Assembly (NCBI GenBank): GCA_003427395.1
Contig: BFEA01000027.1
Location: 1,925,086 to 1,989,085, forward strand
DNA: 64,000 nt
Direction of reading: 5' to 3'
Source of the DNA: Chara braunii
Taxonomy: Eukaryota > Plantae > Charophyceae
The notes under the pieces were generated by a model, which saw only the letters and a program-made list of their open reading frames with translations, was not told where the DNA came from and did not search any database. The position numbers were made by a program, and so were the translations under genes. Below are positions 1 to 12,067 of this stretch, one piece after another. Position 1 is the stretch's first letter, and each line of letters opens with the position of its first letter.

Positions 1-211
1 CTGGTTCAGTGGCTGTTTGTGCGCTTGTCGACTCCATCATGATGTTCTGCGTGCTCCCAGATGCCCTACCCTTCAGCCTTCTTCATCCTCCATCCCCCAC
101 ACTATCGGACTGCTGCACATGTGTGCTGACTCCCATTCGTACCGCACATTTCAATGAAATGCAAGTTGTATTGTAAGCGGTGCCGATGAGAATTACTCAG
201 TATCAACAATA

Positions 212-248
<37 letters not shown>

Positions 249-2211
249 AGCTTTATACATCTCACGGAACATAATTACATCGTCAAGCAATGCGTACACA
301 CACTAGTAACAGCGTGCTACCACATCACACAGTCCTTCCACTCCCCCTCAGACTGAGTTCGGGCTATCCCCATTGCCAAGAAATACTCCATTTTGATGCT
401 AGGCTCGGGCTACTCCCGGCGGGTTTCACTTTATTCCTTGGGACTCAGTGTCCCGCCTTGGTCCCCCGATTTTTACCTTGCTGTCGTCCGCAATCTTGTC
501 CTGTATGTCCCACGTTTTCCTGTAACTACCATTATAACTTTTTTGTATCCGGATTCAAGGGCCCTGCAGATCTTCAGTGCCTAGTCGCCCGTTGTTTCCA
601 ACCAGGCGCAGGTGCGCTATCGACAGCCTCAAGCGTCTCATCTTTCCCGCCCTGCGGGCTGCTTTCCGTCACTTTCCTTGCTGCGTTGTTTTTCACGTGC
701 GAGATATATCCAGACTTGTCGTTAGCTGCAGAGCTTTACAGTCGTCCCGTATGATTCCTTCTGAGTTGCAGGTCCCTTTGTCGAGTTCAGGCGTGTCGTT
801 CTTCAGTGTCTCAGGTACGTGATACTACCTACCCAAGTAGGATCTGTGGCCGCCTCCCAAGATACCTACCCGGTGCTGATGGCCATTCATATCCGCGACC
901 TACCTTTGTACCGCTGACATTTATCACTACCGGCAGGAAGAATCTGGGGGTGGTGGGAGTACTACGGGGATAAGTGGGAGATGATGAATCAGTGGGCCCA
1001 ATCTTGGCCTGGGATGACAAAATTAGATTCTATTATTATCAAATGAAAAACGAAAACAAAACGAAAACATGAAATAAAAATTGGATTCTAGTGGGAGGAG
1101 TTCCCCAAGGATCACCCCCCTACAGCGCGGCTGGGGCTATGCGGCGCAGGCTCTTGGGCCCAGGCTGTCTGTTCTGTGTAATTTGGGAGGTGAGAATGCT
1201 GTTGTTATGGATGCCAGATTTCTGTCAGAGTCAGAGCCTTCGTGGCATCTCTATGACTTTGGGGATCACCACACCACTCTCGAAATGTGCAAAATGAGAA
1301 TGAACTTCCCGGTAGAATATGGCCAGATGCACCCGCCACATTTTTGTCTTTTTCACATTTCGAGAGTGGTTCGGCGAGGCCTTTGCCTCTCCTTTACTCC
1401 GACGGTTGCTGTCTGGTCCCTACTGGGTTCATGGGTCTAAGGTCTGTGCAAATCTTTGAGGTATGTCAGTTGCACTAGATGACACTATGAGTAGATGTTG
1501 TATAATGCGTGTTATTTTATGGCCCCTTTTCATTTATAGTCCTGACGACGGGTAAAAGGAAATGGAAATCTCAGGTGTCTGATCGGGCTGCAGAGGCCGG
1601 ATTTGCACACATTAGCAAGGCCGAGACAGGCCTTCAACTGATGCAGCAGTCCTGACAAGCCCAATCCAGGAGCTGCCAGAAGTGAACCCTCCCTCCCTTT
1701 TAAGAGGAGTCTCCCTCGAAGTAAAACTCTGAGGACAAAAACAAAACAAAAGAAGAGAAAAACAAATAATGGGAGGGCATAGAGTAAGCAATGGTGTTTG
1801 ACATCGTGGTAAGTACAGCAACAAGCCAAGCCAGGGTGTACCGCAGAAAGTTTCTTTTAAAAAAGGAAAAAAAGTAGTCAGGGAGGTTATGGGAAAGGGG
1901 GAAGGCAGCATGATGGTCCCAACCAATGAGCCAATGGGCCAATGGGATGGACCAAGCAATCCACAAAAGAGAAAAAAAGGTAAGAGACATTTTCAGCTTT
2001 CTGTCGCCCCGAGGAGTGCTTTATGGGCTGTCAGTCTTAGGCGATTGGAGTCTATCATGGATGCGCCTCTCCCTCTCCAAAACCAACAGACTACACTGTT
2101 ATGATTCAAAAGTCCTCTTGGACTACTAGCCGTCCTATGCAGTCTAGTACGGTTTTCACCCGAACTGGATACCGAGTCATTATCACCATATCTAGGCTGA
2201 AAGTTGCCCCA

Positions 2212-2327
2212 CCAATAGGAACGGAGCCATCTATCCATCTAGGGGAGTAGAGGAGGTGTCTGCTCTTACCAGCATCCCCTCTACTCCCCATCATAAATGT
2301 TTAAAAAAAAAAAAAAAAAAAAAAAAA
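2212..2327 (+). mobile_element. Extremely 5'-truncated LINE 3' tail (stem-loop + poly-A) with 17-bp TSD
   Basis: GGCTGAAAGTTGCCCCA is duplicated at 2195-2211 and 2328-2344. The insert holds the end of the shared 3' module, a GGGGAGTAGAGG/CCTCTACTCCCC stem with a CTCTTA loop, and an A-run. Confidence 0.85.
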
Positions 2328-2730
2328 GGCTGAAAGTTGCCCCAAATACAGCTATAGTACTGACAAGGCGTTCTGTTAGGGTGAAGACCATAGCTGTAGG
2401 GTCACATCATCTCTCATACAGCTGTTAAGCCGATAGGTCTGCATGATCGGCCAGGGGGGCCATCTCCCACTTGGGGAGGTTTAGTTGTGGTTTTGAGTAT
2501 GTTTCAACAAGGTGACACTGTGGCCATGGGATTTTGAGATCGGATGGCAGGCAGGAACCCCTGCATACTCGGGAGTCGGAACCAGAAATGAGCCTCCTCA
2601 ATTGGGGCATGGGCCCGGGTATATCCCAGCTTGTCTCTTCAATGACATTGAAGTGGGATTCTTTTGTATTGGGATCTATTTTTCAGAAAAAAAAAAAAAA
2701 AAAAAAAAAAAAAGGGATTCTTGTTTCGTA

Positions 2731-2910
2731 TTAAACCACCAGCATGTTTCCCCGACTGGAAAAACAAATATGTGGCTCCTTTACGGCTGCGACTTTTGGG
2801 GGTCGGAGTAGTGGACCAAAATGGCTGGGGCACCACCCAAAAGGAGGCCCGCACCGGTTCTTTTTTTTTTGGCGCGCAGGGGGGTTTCCAGGGGTGGAGA
2901 AAAGTGGTGG
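2731..2910. mobile_element. Degenerate TTAA-ACCACCAG MITE copy
   Basis: Starts TTAAACCACCAG and its interior aligns with the 4335-4511 MITE. The right end is decayed. Confidence 0.5.
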
Positions 2911-3299
2911 GGGGACCCGGTTTCCAGCAAGCTGCAGCTCCTCCTATACATGATTGAGGGGTTGCTTCTCTTCCTATTTTTTAGACATGCTGTACTTTTC
3001 TCCCCAGACAGTGCAGCTCCTGACCAAATAGAGTGCAGTCATCATGGATATGGCGACAGACTTGAGATATCATCATTCACCTGGACGGCTGCCTCAGGTA
3101 ATTCAGAAGAATGATTTATACTGTTCATCTGATTGCATCTGGATCCGAACATGGGCCTTTTTTTTTTTTTTTTTTTTTTTAATTAAGACTCAGTGGGCTC
3201 TACCGTCTTCACCCGAATAGAACGCCCGGTCATTATCGCTGTATGTAGACTGAAAATTGCACCAGATACGCAAATTCTCAACTTTTTTCAAAATCCTAT

Positions 3300-3376
3300 G
3301 TAATTTTCTATATGGGACGCTGGGCCCGGTTCCCAGCACATGTTGCTCCCCACGAATAGATTGGAGCTTTGTTCCC

Positions 3377-3407
<31 letters not shown>
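3300..3407 (+). mobile_element. Short retroposon 3' tail (shared module + poly-A)
   Basis: GGGACGCTGGGCCCGGTTCCCAGC...GCTCCCCACGAATAGATTGGAGC at 3314-3367, then an A-run at 3380-3407. Confidence 0.7.
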
Positions 3408-3410
<3 letters not shown>

Positions 3411-3859
3411 CATAGCTCTAGATCTATATTTTATTATTTTCAGATTTTAGATATCTGATTTCCAAAATTCTCTGTTCATAAATTTTGCTATTTTCCATTA
3501 GTAATTTCTTTCTCATCTTGGTGCTTTGATGATTTACTTCTGTTGGATGGAGGGTGGTGTTGAGGGAGAGAGCTCCACTCAGCAGGGGGTTCACAAGGTG
3601 GGAAGTGAATGCCCTGGAGGGGATGAGGGCAGATTTAGGGGGTTGCTGTATTCTGGAGCCCGGGTAGATGTTAATGGCCACATCATATCCCAGAGGGGGC
3701 AGATTAGGGTAAAGGGTTGGCAGCGGCATAATTTCGGAGGGTAACTGGATGCCTTTGTGGCAACAGAGGGGGGAGGGAGGGGGGGAGGGGGAAGTAGGCC
3801 TGTCCCAAGCTGGGGCCGATGAGGAGAGTCTGCAATTAGGGCGATCTTTTTTGGTGGAT

Positions 3860-3918
<59 letters not shown>
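3860..3918 (+). repeat. Poly-G homopolymer
   Basis: About 59 consecutive G. Confidence 0.95.
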
Positions 3919-3920
<2 letters not shown>

Positions 3921-3984
3921 CAATCTGTTCATCAACATCTCCTAGTGCTGAGTACGTAACTGGGAGACCTACGGCTGTCTTTAA

Positions 3985-4127
3985 ACCACCAGTACTTGGG
4001 CTACGCCTTAGCCTTAACGCTACGCGATTTCCGCGGCCGGCGGGCCGTCGATAAATCGAATCGACAGCCCGCGTTGCTTCGAGATTTGGGCGGCCGGCGC
4101 GGCGCGCAGTGCCCAAGTACTGGTGGT
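3985..4127. mobile_element. MITE with TIR ACCACCAGTACTTGGG and TTAA flanks
   Basis: TTAA|ACCACCAGTACTTGGG...CCCAAGTACTGGTGGT|TTAA. Confidence 0.8.
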
Positions 4128-4334
4128 TTAAAGATCCAGGACGAGCGTAATACATCACTAATCATCAATCATGGACTCTTCAAGTTCAGACTCTGCAGAA
4201 ACCAGTTCTAGGATTTCAGGGGTAGTATCGCCTCAACTGGCTTTGGATAGAGCTGTGATGTTTAGTAGGCTAGGTTAGCCGATGCCAAAACGACGCTGGC
4301 TGGAGCTGGGGTATTTGCCCCGTAACCTGTTTAA

Positions 4335-4511
4335 ACCACCACTACCTTTCCCTGCTTGAAAAACAAATGCCCGCCGGTTAACACGGGAGGCGGGCAGGCT
4401 CGGGACTACTGAAGCGAAATGGCTGGTGGCGCCCGACAAAATGAGGCCCTCACCGATTCATTTCTTTTTGGTGCACAGGGCAGTTATAGGCTCGGCATCG
4501 ATACTAGTGGT
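4335..4511. mobile_element. MITE with imperfect ACCAC TIR and TTAA flanks
   Basis: TTAA|ACCACCACTAC...ATACTAGTGGT|TTAA. Confidence 0.7.
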
Positions 4512-4687
4512 TTAAGCAGGAGCGTGAGGCCTTATAGACGATGTAGAGAGATCCAGGGATTCATCGACGGTGGAAGGCAGTCCAGGGGCTGACTGGGAGC
4601 TGCTGCCAGGCGGATGATGGTCGGAGCTGGGGTGGGGCTCTCTGCCCTGTTGCCTTGTATGTTGGGGGCGTGTGACTCGGTAATTAA

Positions 4688-4886
4688 ACCACCAGTACCT
4701 GGCCCAGCTATCGGTCGCGGCGCTTCACGTATACGCGCCGCGCCATTTGGGCTTCGGCCTGCCGGACCGCATTGGCTGGAGGCCGCAGGCAAAACGAAAA
4801 AGAAAATTTCGACGGTGGTTCGGCAGGACTTGGCACGCAGCATGCTGGGAGGCTCGGATTCAATAGCTGAGCGAGGTACTGGTGGT
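4688..4886. mobile_element. MITE with TIR ACCACCAGTACCT and TTAA flanks
   Basis: TTAA|ACCACCAGTACCT...AGGTACTGGTGGT|TTAA. Confidence 0.8.
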
Positions 4887-6987
4887 TTAAAAGGCCTGGA
4901 AGTGAAAGCAGTACAGCTAAGTTGAGAGCTGGTTAGATTGATTGAGACACCTGGAGTGTGGGGATTGGTATGTTACGTGCCTGATTGAACTTACATCCAC
5001 AATGAATTCACACACTCCCACACATGCATGCAATTGCAAAGTAGACTTGGAGGAGGCAAATCCACACAAGGCCAGACTCCGTGAGTGATATGCAACGGAA
5101 GGCCAAAATATACATGTAAAATCGAATTACGAATTTCCAATCTTGATTCCCCCTTCCTCCTCCAATCAAGGCTCATGCTTCCGAGAATCTCAACCACGGC
5201 TTCAACCTACACCCCCGTTCAATCCCCCAACAGCAGTTAACGAATTTTAGTGGAGTCGTCAACTCCCTCCTTCGACCTCCAAACCCCGGGACCCGGTATG
5301 GAAGTCCACTGTCATGCCATTGGGGTCCAGACCCCGTAAGTCTGCAGGTCACAGGCGCTGATCTGGTGCCTATCAGATGACACAAACCACAGCGCTTCCA
5401 TCAAGCAGCGCCCATAGCTCCTATGGAGGAGAAGACCAGTATTCGATGAAGAAGAAGATAAATCCACCAGTGCGATGAAGAAGGTGGATATGGCTGCCTT
5501 TGAAGTTGCTGATGATGGCAGCACCCCCAACCCCCAAACAGCACCACCATGATGAGGAAACTAGCGCCCTGAAGACAAAGACCCTGTGCTGGAAATCATA
5601 GCGCTGCTCGTTTCCCTTGTCGGGCACAGTGTACTTCAGCCCGACTTCCCTATACCTACGACAGACCAAACAGTAAACACAGTCACACCTAGTCAGTGCA
5701 CAACCCGCCTGAAACCTGCAATTCATTGCAGGTAGAAGCAGGGATTGGAGATGTCCATGAATTCTACAGTTTTTTTGCAGATCTTTCTGAATTAGTTCTT
5801 AATTAGTTCTCAAATAAAGCTGGTGATAGCTTCCGTATGCTCAAAATCACCAGCAATCACTCATTGTAATTTGAATTTATGCAACCTCCTCGCTTTGGAG
5901 CAAGTTCGAGCGACATTCACGAAATTGTGACTGAGGCGCATTTTCAAACTGAAACCGTGACTCGGCCCTAGTTGAACGCTTATTTTATTTCAAAGGTTCG
6001 CACCCACTTGAAGATGATTCAATCAAACAGACAAAAAAAAGAGGCGAAAAAGAAAAGAGACCGCGGCCTGGGAACGGTCTGAATGCCTAGGGGGATACCA
6101 AGCCTAGCTTTGGTACAATTGAGCACCTCTGCCTGCATTGTGCTGCCTTGTGTTACAATTGGCTTGGAAACGTAACGGGGAATTATGGATGCCAGTGGAG
6201 GGGTAGCCCGTCCTCTCATCGGAATTCCATCAGCACTGCCTCCTGCTCATTTGGCTGCTTCTTTTTTTTTTGTTTTGTTTTTTTTGTTGGGAAATAGCCC
6301 TTGTGTAAGCCCTCGATTCCGGCGGTGGTAGGAGAACCATCCGAATTGAGGGCTTATCTGTTGGGCTGCTCCATCTATTGGTGGGGAGCGGCACCTGCTG
6401 GAAACCAGGCCCAGCGTCCCATTGATACGTTTTATAGCACAGAGAATGTCCCATTGATACATCTTATAGCTAAGAGAGTGTTGTTTGTTGTTTCGTAGGG
6501 CTGTGGCCATTTCTGTCGCATCCTGGGGCTCCGTTATCCCATGGAGCTGCCAGTATCACCCATCCCATCTCGGAGCCCGCCTTTTCTATTAGCCCTGCCC
6601 TATTCAGCAGCCCGCCTATTCGCTATAATTGCTATGTCTGTTCCTTTAAGCCCTTGAAGCCCTTTAAACCCTTTCCCCTCTCAAGGCCCATGTAAAACAC
6701 ATTCGTGATCCTAGTAGCCTGAGGATCAGCAGGAGGTGGAATGCAATCCATTGCGATGCCGCTTTTGGAGTGTAATGTAGTCCTGCGTCTTGAAGAGAGC
6801 AGCCACAACTCCATGCACCTTAAGCCCTCAAACCGTTATGCCGTAGCCTGCCCTATCGCAGTATCCCTTCCCTGGACTTCATTCTTGGCCTGAGGGCCCT
6901 GCTCCCTTAGATGCATCGGTGTTCATGGTTCCAGCTGCAGGGCATGCGGCAGTGAGACGACGGCTGTTGCTCCGGTCCTTGGTGCCA

Positions 6988-9900
6988 TTACTGTTGTTGT
7001 TGTCTGTCAGCCCAACCTTCATTTGTCTCTCGTGTTGTTGCCAGCCAGTTGAGTGGTCGGAAGGAAATGAGCGGGGGGAGATGGCGGAGGAGCAGCGAGA
7101 GAGGGGGGAGCATGGGTGAAGAGAGATGGCAGTGGCGGCAGTGCAGCGGGGGGGTGGGGGGCAGTGGTAACTGGACTGGTTGCAGTGGGTGTGGCGGGGG
7201 GTGTGGCAATTGGCTTGGGAGGAGGACAAAGTTAGGTTGGAGATAGGGGACCTGGAAGTCAGCAAATGGTTTCCTCTGCCAGGTGAGTTCCGTGGACCTC
7301 CATGGTTTCCATACGATGTTCAGATCAGTGTCCAGGACCGAAAACAATCCTTTCGGGTCCTGCCATATTTGCATGGAGGAGTCGCTGATCGCTTGTCTGG
7401 CAAGGGGGTCTTTCTCTTCGAAGTGTTGTCGCTTCATGGACTGCCAGGCTTGCTGGGTCGTGGCTCTGATGTCTTCCACGATGGCTTGTTGTGCCTGCTG
7501 CAGTCCAAATTGATGGTCCTTCCTTTCAAAGGAGCATCGGGCTCTCCAGGCAAGCATGAGGAGGTGCAGCCTTGTGTAGGAGAAAAGGTTGGTTGCAAAA
7601 TGGGACCAGTGGGCCAGCAGCTGTCGCTGTTCTCCCAATAGTAGGAGCCCAAGAGCCCAAGGTATATGGTGGCCGGTGAGGGAGTGGAAGACCGCATCCC
7701 ACCACTGCCATAATTGGGTAACCATAGGACACGCCAACAGACAGTGTTTGAGGGTTGCTCGGGCTGGCTGTCGGGATCTGCCACAATGGGCACATATGGG
7801 TGACGACTTCCCTTGCTGTTCAAGGTCGGTTCGTGACACAAGCCAGTCGGGGGTGGGGAGGCAGCGATGGAGAATCTGCCATTGCAGAGACCTATGATTC
7901 GAGCTGATAATTTTCTCATATTTGGACCAGGTAAAGGATTCTGAGAGCTTGGGTTCCAGTGGCGATTCCCGTGCCCATCTGCTTGCTATTATGTGGTTAA
8001 TCTGCTGGTCCCGGCGTGACGCCCTATACCCCCCTTTGACTGTATAATCCCATACATGCATGGGTTGGGATCCTGGCCATTCCCATTCAGATGGGTCGAA
8101 TGGGAGCTTGGTCACGGGCGTGATGCTTTCGTACACATAAAAGTCATCCTCGGGGTCCCCCACCACTCTGACCTGCATGAGTCCTCCCCACTCATATGTT
8201 GTGTCCAAATGCTCCTTCCTTGTTAGCTTTGATAGTCTGGCTGTGGGCGATTGGGGTTCGTATGCTTCTTGTTCACATGGCCCATCGTTGCTTTCCCTGG
8301 CCTTGACCTCGTTGATGGTCAAGGGGAGGGGCAAATCAGGAAATTTAACTACCCAGTCATCTTGCAGGACAGTGGGCCCTTCCTTGAGTGTGCGCTGCCA
8401 AGCCAGGGGGAGAGCCTCTCTTAACCGGTCAGCCTTATCTTCCACGTTCTTTACATATTTGAGCCTCTCTTGCAACCGTATAGACGCCCTTCTTAGCCAG
8501 ATGAGCCAGAGCGAGTTCGTTGTTAGCGCAAAGGGGACTCCCGTTTCTTGGAGGATATTCGGGTTGCCAAAGAGGGGTTGCCTCCATATATCGTGCCACC
8601 TGTTGGGTGGCATTTTTTGCCGCGGTCCCTGTTGTCCCCACAACTTGAGCATGTAGGGCCAGAGCTGGCGGAGCGGATCCAATGTTATATCTTTCTTTGT
8701 TGCCTGCGCAGGGTCAACAATTTGCGCATTCTTTGGGGGTGACAGTATGGTCCAGTGATTGTTGGTCAACCATTGGAACGGGTGTATGTTTCGGTCTGTG
8801 TCTGTCCCCGAGGCCAGATTTGCTATCTGGAGACGAGCCAAGGGTTCCTAGGGAATGTTTTTCCTAATGAGCAACCTGATGAGGACTTTGAAGATAAGGG
8901 CTTCGCTCTGTCTTTCGGGGTCCAGGATCCCCGGCCCCCCTACGACTCTGGGTTGTGTGAGCACGTCCCATTTGATCCGACTAATGCAGCCTTGGGTCTG
9001 GGTACTGTTTTGCCACAGGTACGTTGTAAGCGCTCTCTTTAGCCTGACATGTTGTTGCTTGTTTATTGACCATACTGCCAATTTGTACCAAATGGCCGCT
9101 AGGATGACGCTGTTAATTGCTAATGCCCGCCCTACCAACGAGGTGTGTAATTCTTCCCATTTCGCTAGTCTGTCCACTACCATATTGACCAGCATGCCCC
9201 CATGGTCCGGCGGGGGCCCCACTACAGTGAGTCTCACCCCCAACACCCTAATTGCGTCTTCCTTACGGGCCCAGGCCACAGCCGGCTCGGTCGGGGGGGC
9301 GTGTCCCTGCGGGTGGAGCCACCGGTCCTCTGTCTTGGATCCCCAGTTGACTCATATGTCAGCTGCCAAGGAGAAGAGATGTATCACTTCGGTGAGGGCT
9401 TGGAGGCTGGCCGAGTCTGCACGTAGAAGGACGGTGAGGTCGTCCGCAAACAGCGATGTTACTGGTATAAGTTGTTGAGGTACATCTGGGATAGGCACCT
9501 TGCTAATCTGGGGATCGGATCTAATTAGCGATGCAAGGGTCTCCATGACTATAACAAACAACAATGGCGCTATGGGGTCACCCTGACGTACTGACCTCTG
9601 AAGGTGTATCGGTGGTGAGAGGTGACCGTTGACCGTTATGTTCTTTATAGCCGATCTGTGTAGCAGCCCATCGACAAAAGGTATGGCCAAAGTTCATCTT
9701 AGCAAGGCGCACGTCCAGGAAGTCCTAGTCAACGTGATTGTACACCTTTTCAAAGTCTATAAAAAAGATTGCAACTTGGAGTTTTCGCTGTCGGGCGTAC
9801 TTGATGGCTGTTATCTTGGATGTTTTGATTGGGCATGAAGCCTATTTGGTCCGGGTGGACAAGTATGTTCATGAAGGGCAGCAGTCTGTTTGTCAGAGCT

Positions 9901-11710
9901 TTGGCTACTGGTTTATACAGGGCGGGGAGGAGAGTAATAGGTCGGTAGTTTCTAATGTTCTCTTTATCCCCTTTCTTATATAAGAGAGTTGTGACCCCTT
10001 GTCCGATCATTCCCCCAAACAAACCCTCGTTCTGCACCGCCTTGACATATTCCATGGTATCCTCACTCGGGGGATCCCAGAATTGTACCCTGAATTCCTT
10101 AGTGAACGAGTCTATCCCAGATGTTTGCTCCTCTTCCATGCCTTGGAGGACCTCCCAGACCTCTTGTGGAGCTAGTGGGCTGTCCACAATGCCCCTTTGC
10201 TCATGTGTGAGGCGCGTGTGTATGACCTGCAGCAATGTGTCCCTCGCTTGATGGACCTAGTCCAACTGCTTATTGGGGGTCTCATATGTGAAGAGGTTTG
10301 TGTAATATCTGGCAGTGTAGTCCGCAATTGTGTAAGCGTTGGTCACAGGCGGGGCTGTGTCGTCCAGTACGTGCCTGAGCCTAGGAACAGTGGCAACTCT
10401 TGCTTTGGCCTTAGCCTTATTGAAGAAGGCTTTCCCCATCGTTCCATCAGTGTGCTCCTTTTTTATTTTCGCTTGCATTCTCCATGCCTGTCTCTATTGG
10501 TCCACGTAGGCCTGGAGGTGGTCCCGGACCTCTTGGAGTCTCTCATAGGAGGGGTGGTGCAGCGGGTCGTTCATCAGTTCTTCGTCCCATTCTTCGAGAT
10601 CCCGCATGAGTTTGTCAAGGAGAGCTTTTTGGTCCCTGGCATGTTGGATGGAGAACTTCTTAGCCCTGTGCCTTAGTTGTATCACCCCATCGTTGAACTA
10701 GTTCACTCTTTCACCCAACTCCGGTTTTCGAGTTCGCCAACATTCCCAGAAAGTGGTGACGAGCTCTTTAAATTTGGGGAGGGAGAGCATCGAGGCATTG
10801 AACTTGTAAAACCAGGTCCTCGCTAGATGTGGTTATGGAATGACAGTCCCAGCGTAATCATCCTATGGTCGAAGGACTTACAAGGGCTAATTGTTGTGAT
10901 CTCCCTTGTGGTAACGAGACCCATCAAATCCTTTGACACCAGTGTGAGGTCGATTCGTGAGTTGGCCAGACCGGCTGAGACCGTGCTCACCCCGAGACGA
11001 GAGGCATGTAAATGCTTTTTGGATGGGGTGGAGCAATCTGTACGCGTCCTCAAGTTGTCTATCTGTCATAAGTTGCTTCAGCATGAGGACATCTGGGCCA
11101 CAACTCGCCACTTGGGAGGGCGTCAAACTTTGACGTTGGGATGTGGATCTGCGGTTCATCGTGGGGTCAAGCGTGGTGTTGAAGTCACTTGCTATAATTA
11201 TAATTGGGGCATCGTCAGGCAAGTGGTGGTGAAGGCCGAGCCAAAGGTCCACTCTACCTGCGGGGTCATTTGACGCATACACACTGACCATGTAAAAGTC
11301 TTCGGCTTCATATTGCAGTTTTACGCAGACCCATCTACCTTGGTGTTTGTCGTAGTCCCATGAGAGCGGTTTGAGCTTGGAAGAGGGCTTCATATTGCAG
11401 TTTTACGCAGACCCATCTACCTTGGTGTTTGTCGTAGTCCACTGAGAGCGGTTTGAGCTTGGAAGAGGGCAGGAGTCAGATGACCACTCCGCTAGATGCT
11501 CTTTCCACAGCAGATGCAGAGTAAGATGAGTCCGACCATACACTTTTCTCTTTTGCCATAAGGGTCGGTGTGTGCTGCAGATAAGTTTCTTGGATGCAGA
11601 TCACATCTGGCCATGCTCTCGTCAACGGGCATCTGAGCATGTCCCAAATGGCATCTTTTTTTCCCTGTGATGCCTGAACCAGACCGTTCATGTTCAGCGA
11701 GGGAATGTCA
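6988..11710 (-). pseudogene. LINE ORF2 (APE endonuclease - reverse transcriptase - zf-RVT), frameshifted
   Basis: Motifs: SLNMNGL, ICIQET, SDFNT, SRIDL, FDHRM; NYRPITLL, SVRQGDPIAP, LFADD; WQILHRCLPT, CAHC...HCLLAC. Spread over several frames. Confidence 0.93.
11309..11470. repeat. 82-bp tandem duplication inside the APE domain
   Basis: CATATTGCAGTTTTACGCAGACCC...GGAAGAGGGC occurs at 11309 and 11391. Confidence 0.9.
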
Positions 11711-12067
11711 ATGTCCACTCGTGCTAGCTTAGCTGCCCATTGGGGCTGCCTTCTGTTCGAGGGGAAAATCGGGGGGGATCGGGGGCATTGAGGGGGTTGG
11801 GGAGACACTAGGGGGGGCAGGTGCACGTGAGGGGGACGCAAGGAGTGTGTGGTGTGGAGTTCCGTCTCAGGAGGGTGAGCAGAATGCGGGTCCATTGTTG
11901 GGAGTTCATTCACCCTGAAGTGAACAGGTTGGGGGCCTGCATCATCGTGCCTCTTATTTAATCCATTCAGGGGGGCTATGCGTGTTTGGCTGCATGTCTG
12001 TGTCAACATTAGTTTCCATTATGGTTTGCAGGCCAGACACTTCAGTTCCCAGCCATCCACGACCGAT

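Noticed and set aside
3008-3097. Possible 90-bp host exon (CAG...GTAATT); similar candidates near 1540, 5420-5650 and 17367-17690
   Set aside because: Splice-like sites only, with no recognisable protein. RNA-seq would be needed.
3424-4158. 244-aa proline-rich ORF
   Set aside because: Produced by a poly-G run and a MITE; no domain.
3981-4890. CRISPR-like repeat-spacer appearance
   Set aside because: Repeats alternate in orientation as TIR pairs, spacers are 120-200 bp, there are no cas genes, and the context is eukaryotic.
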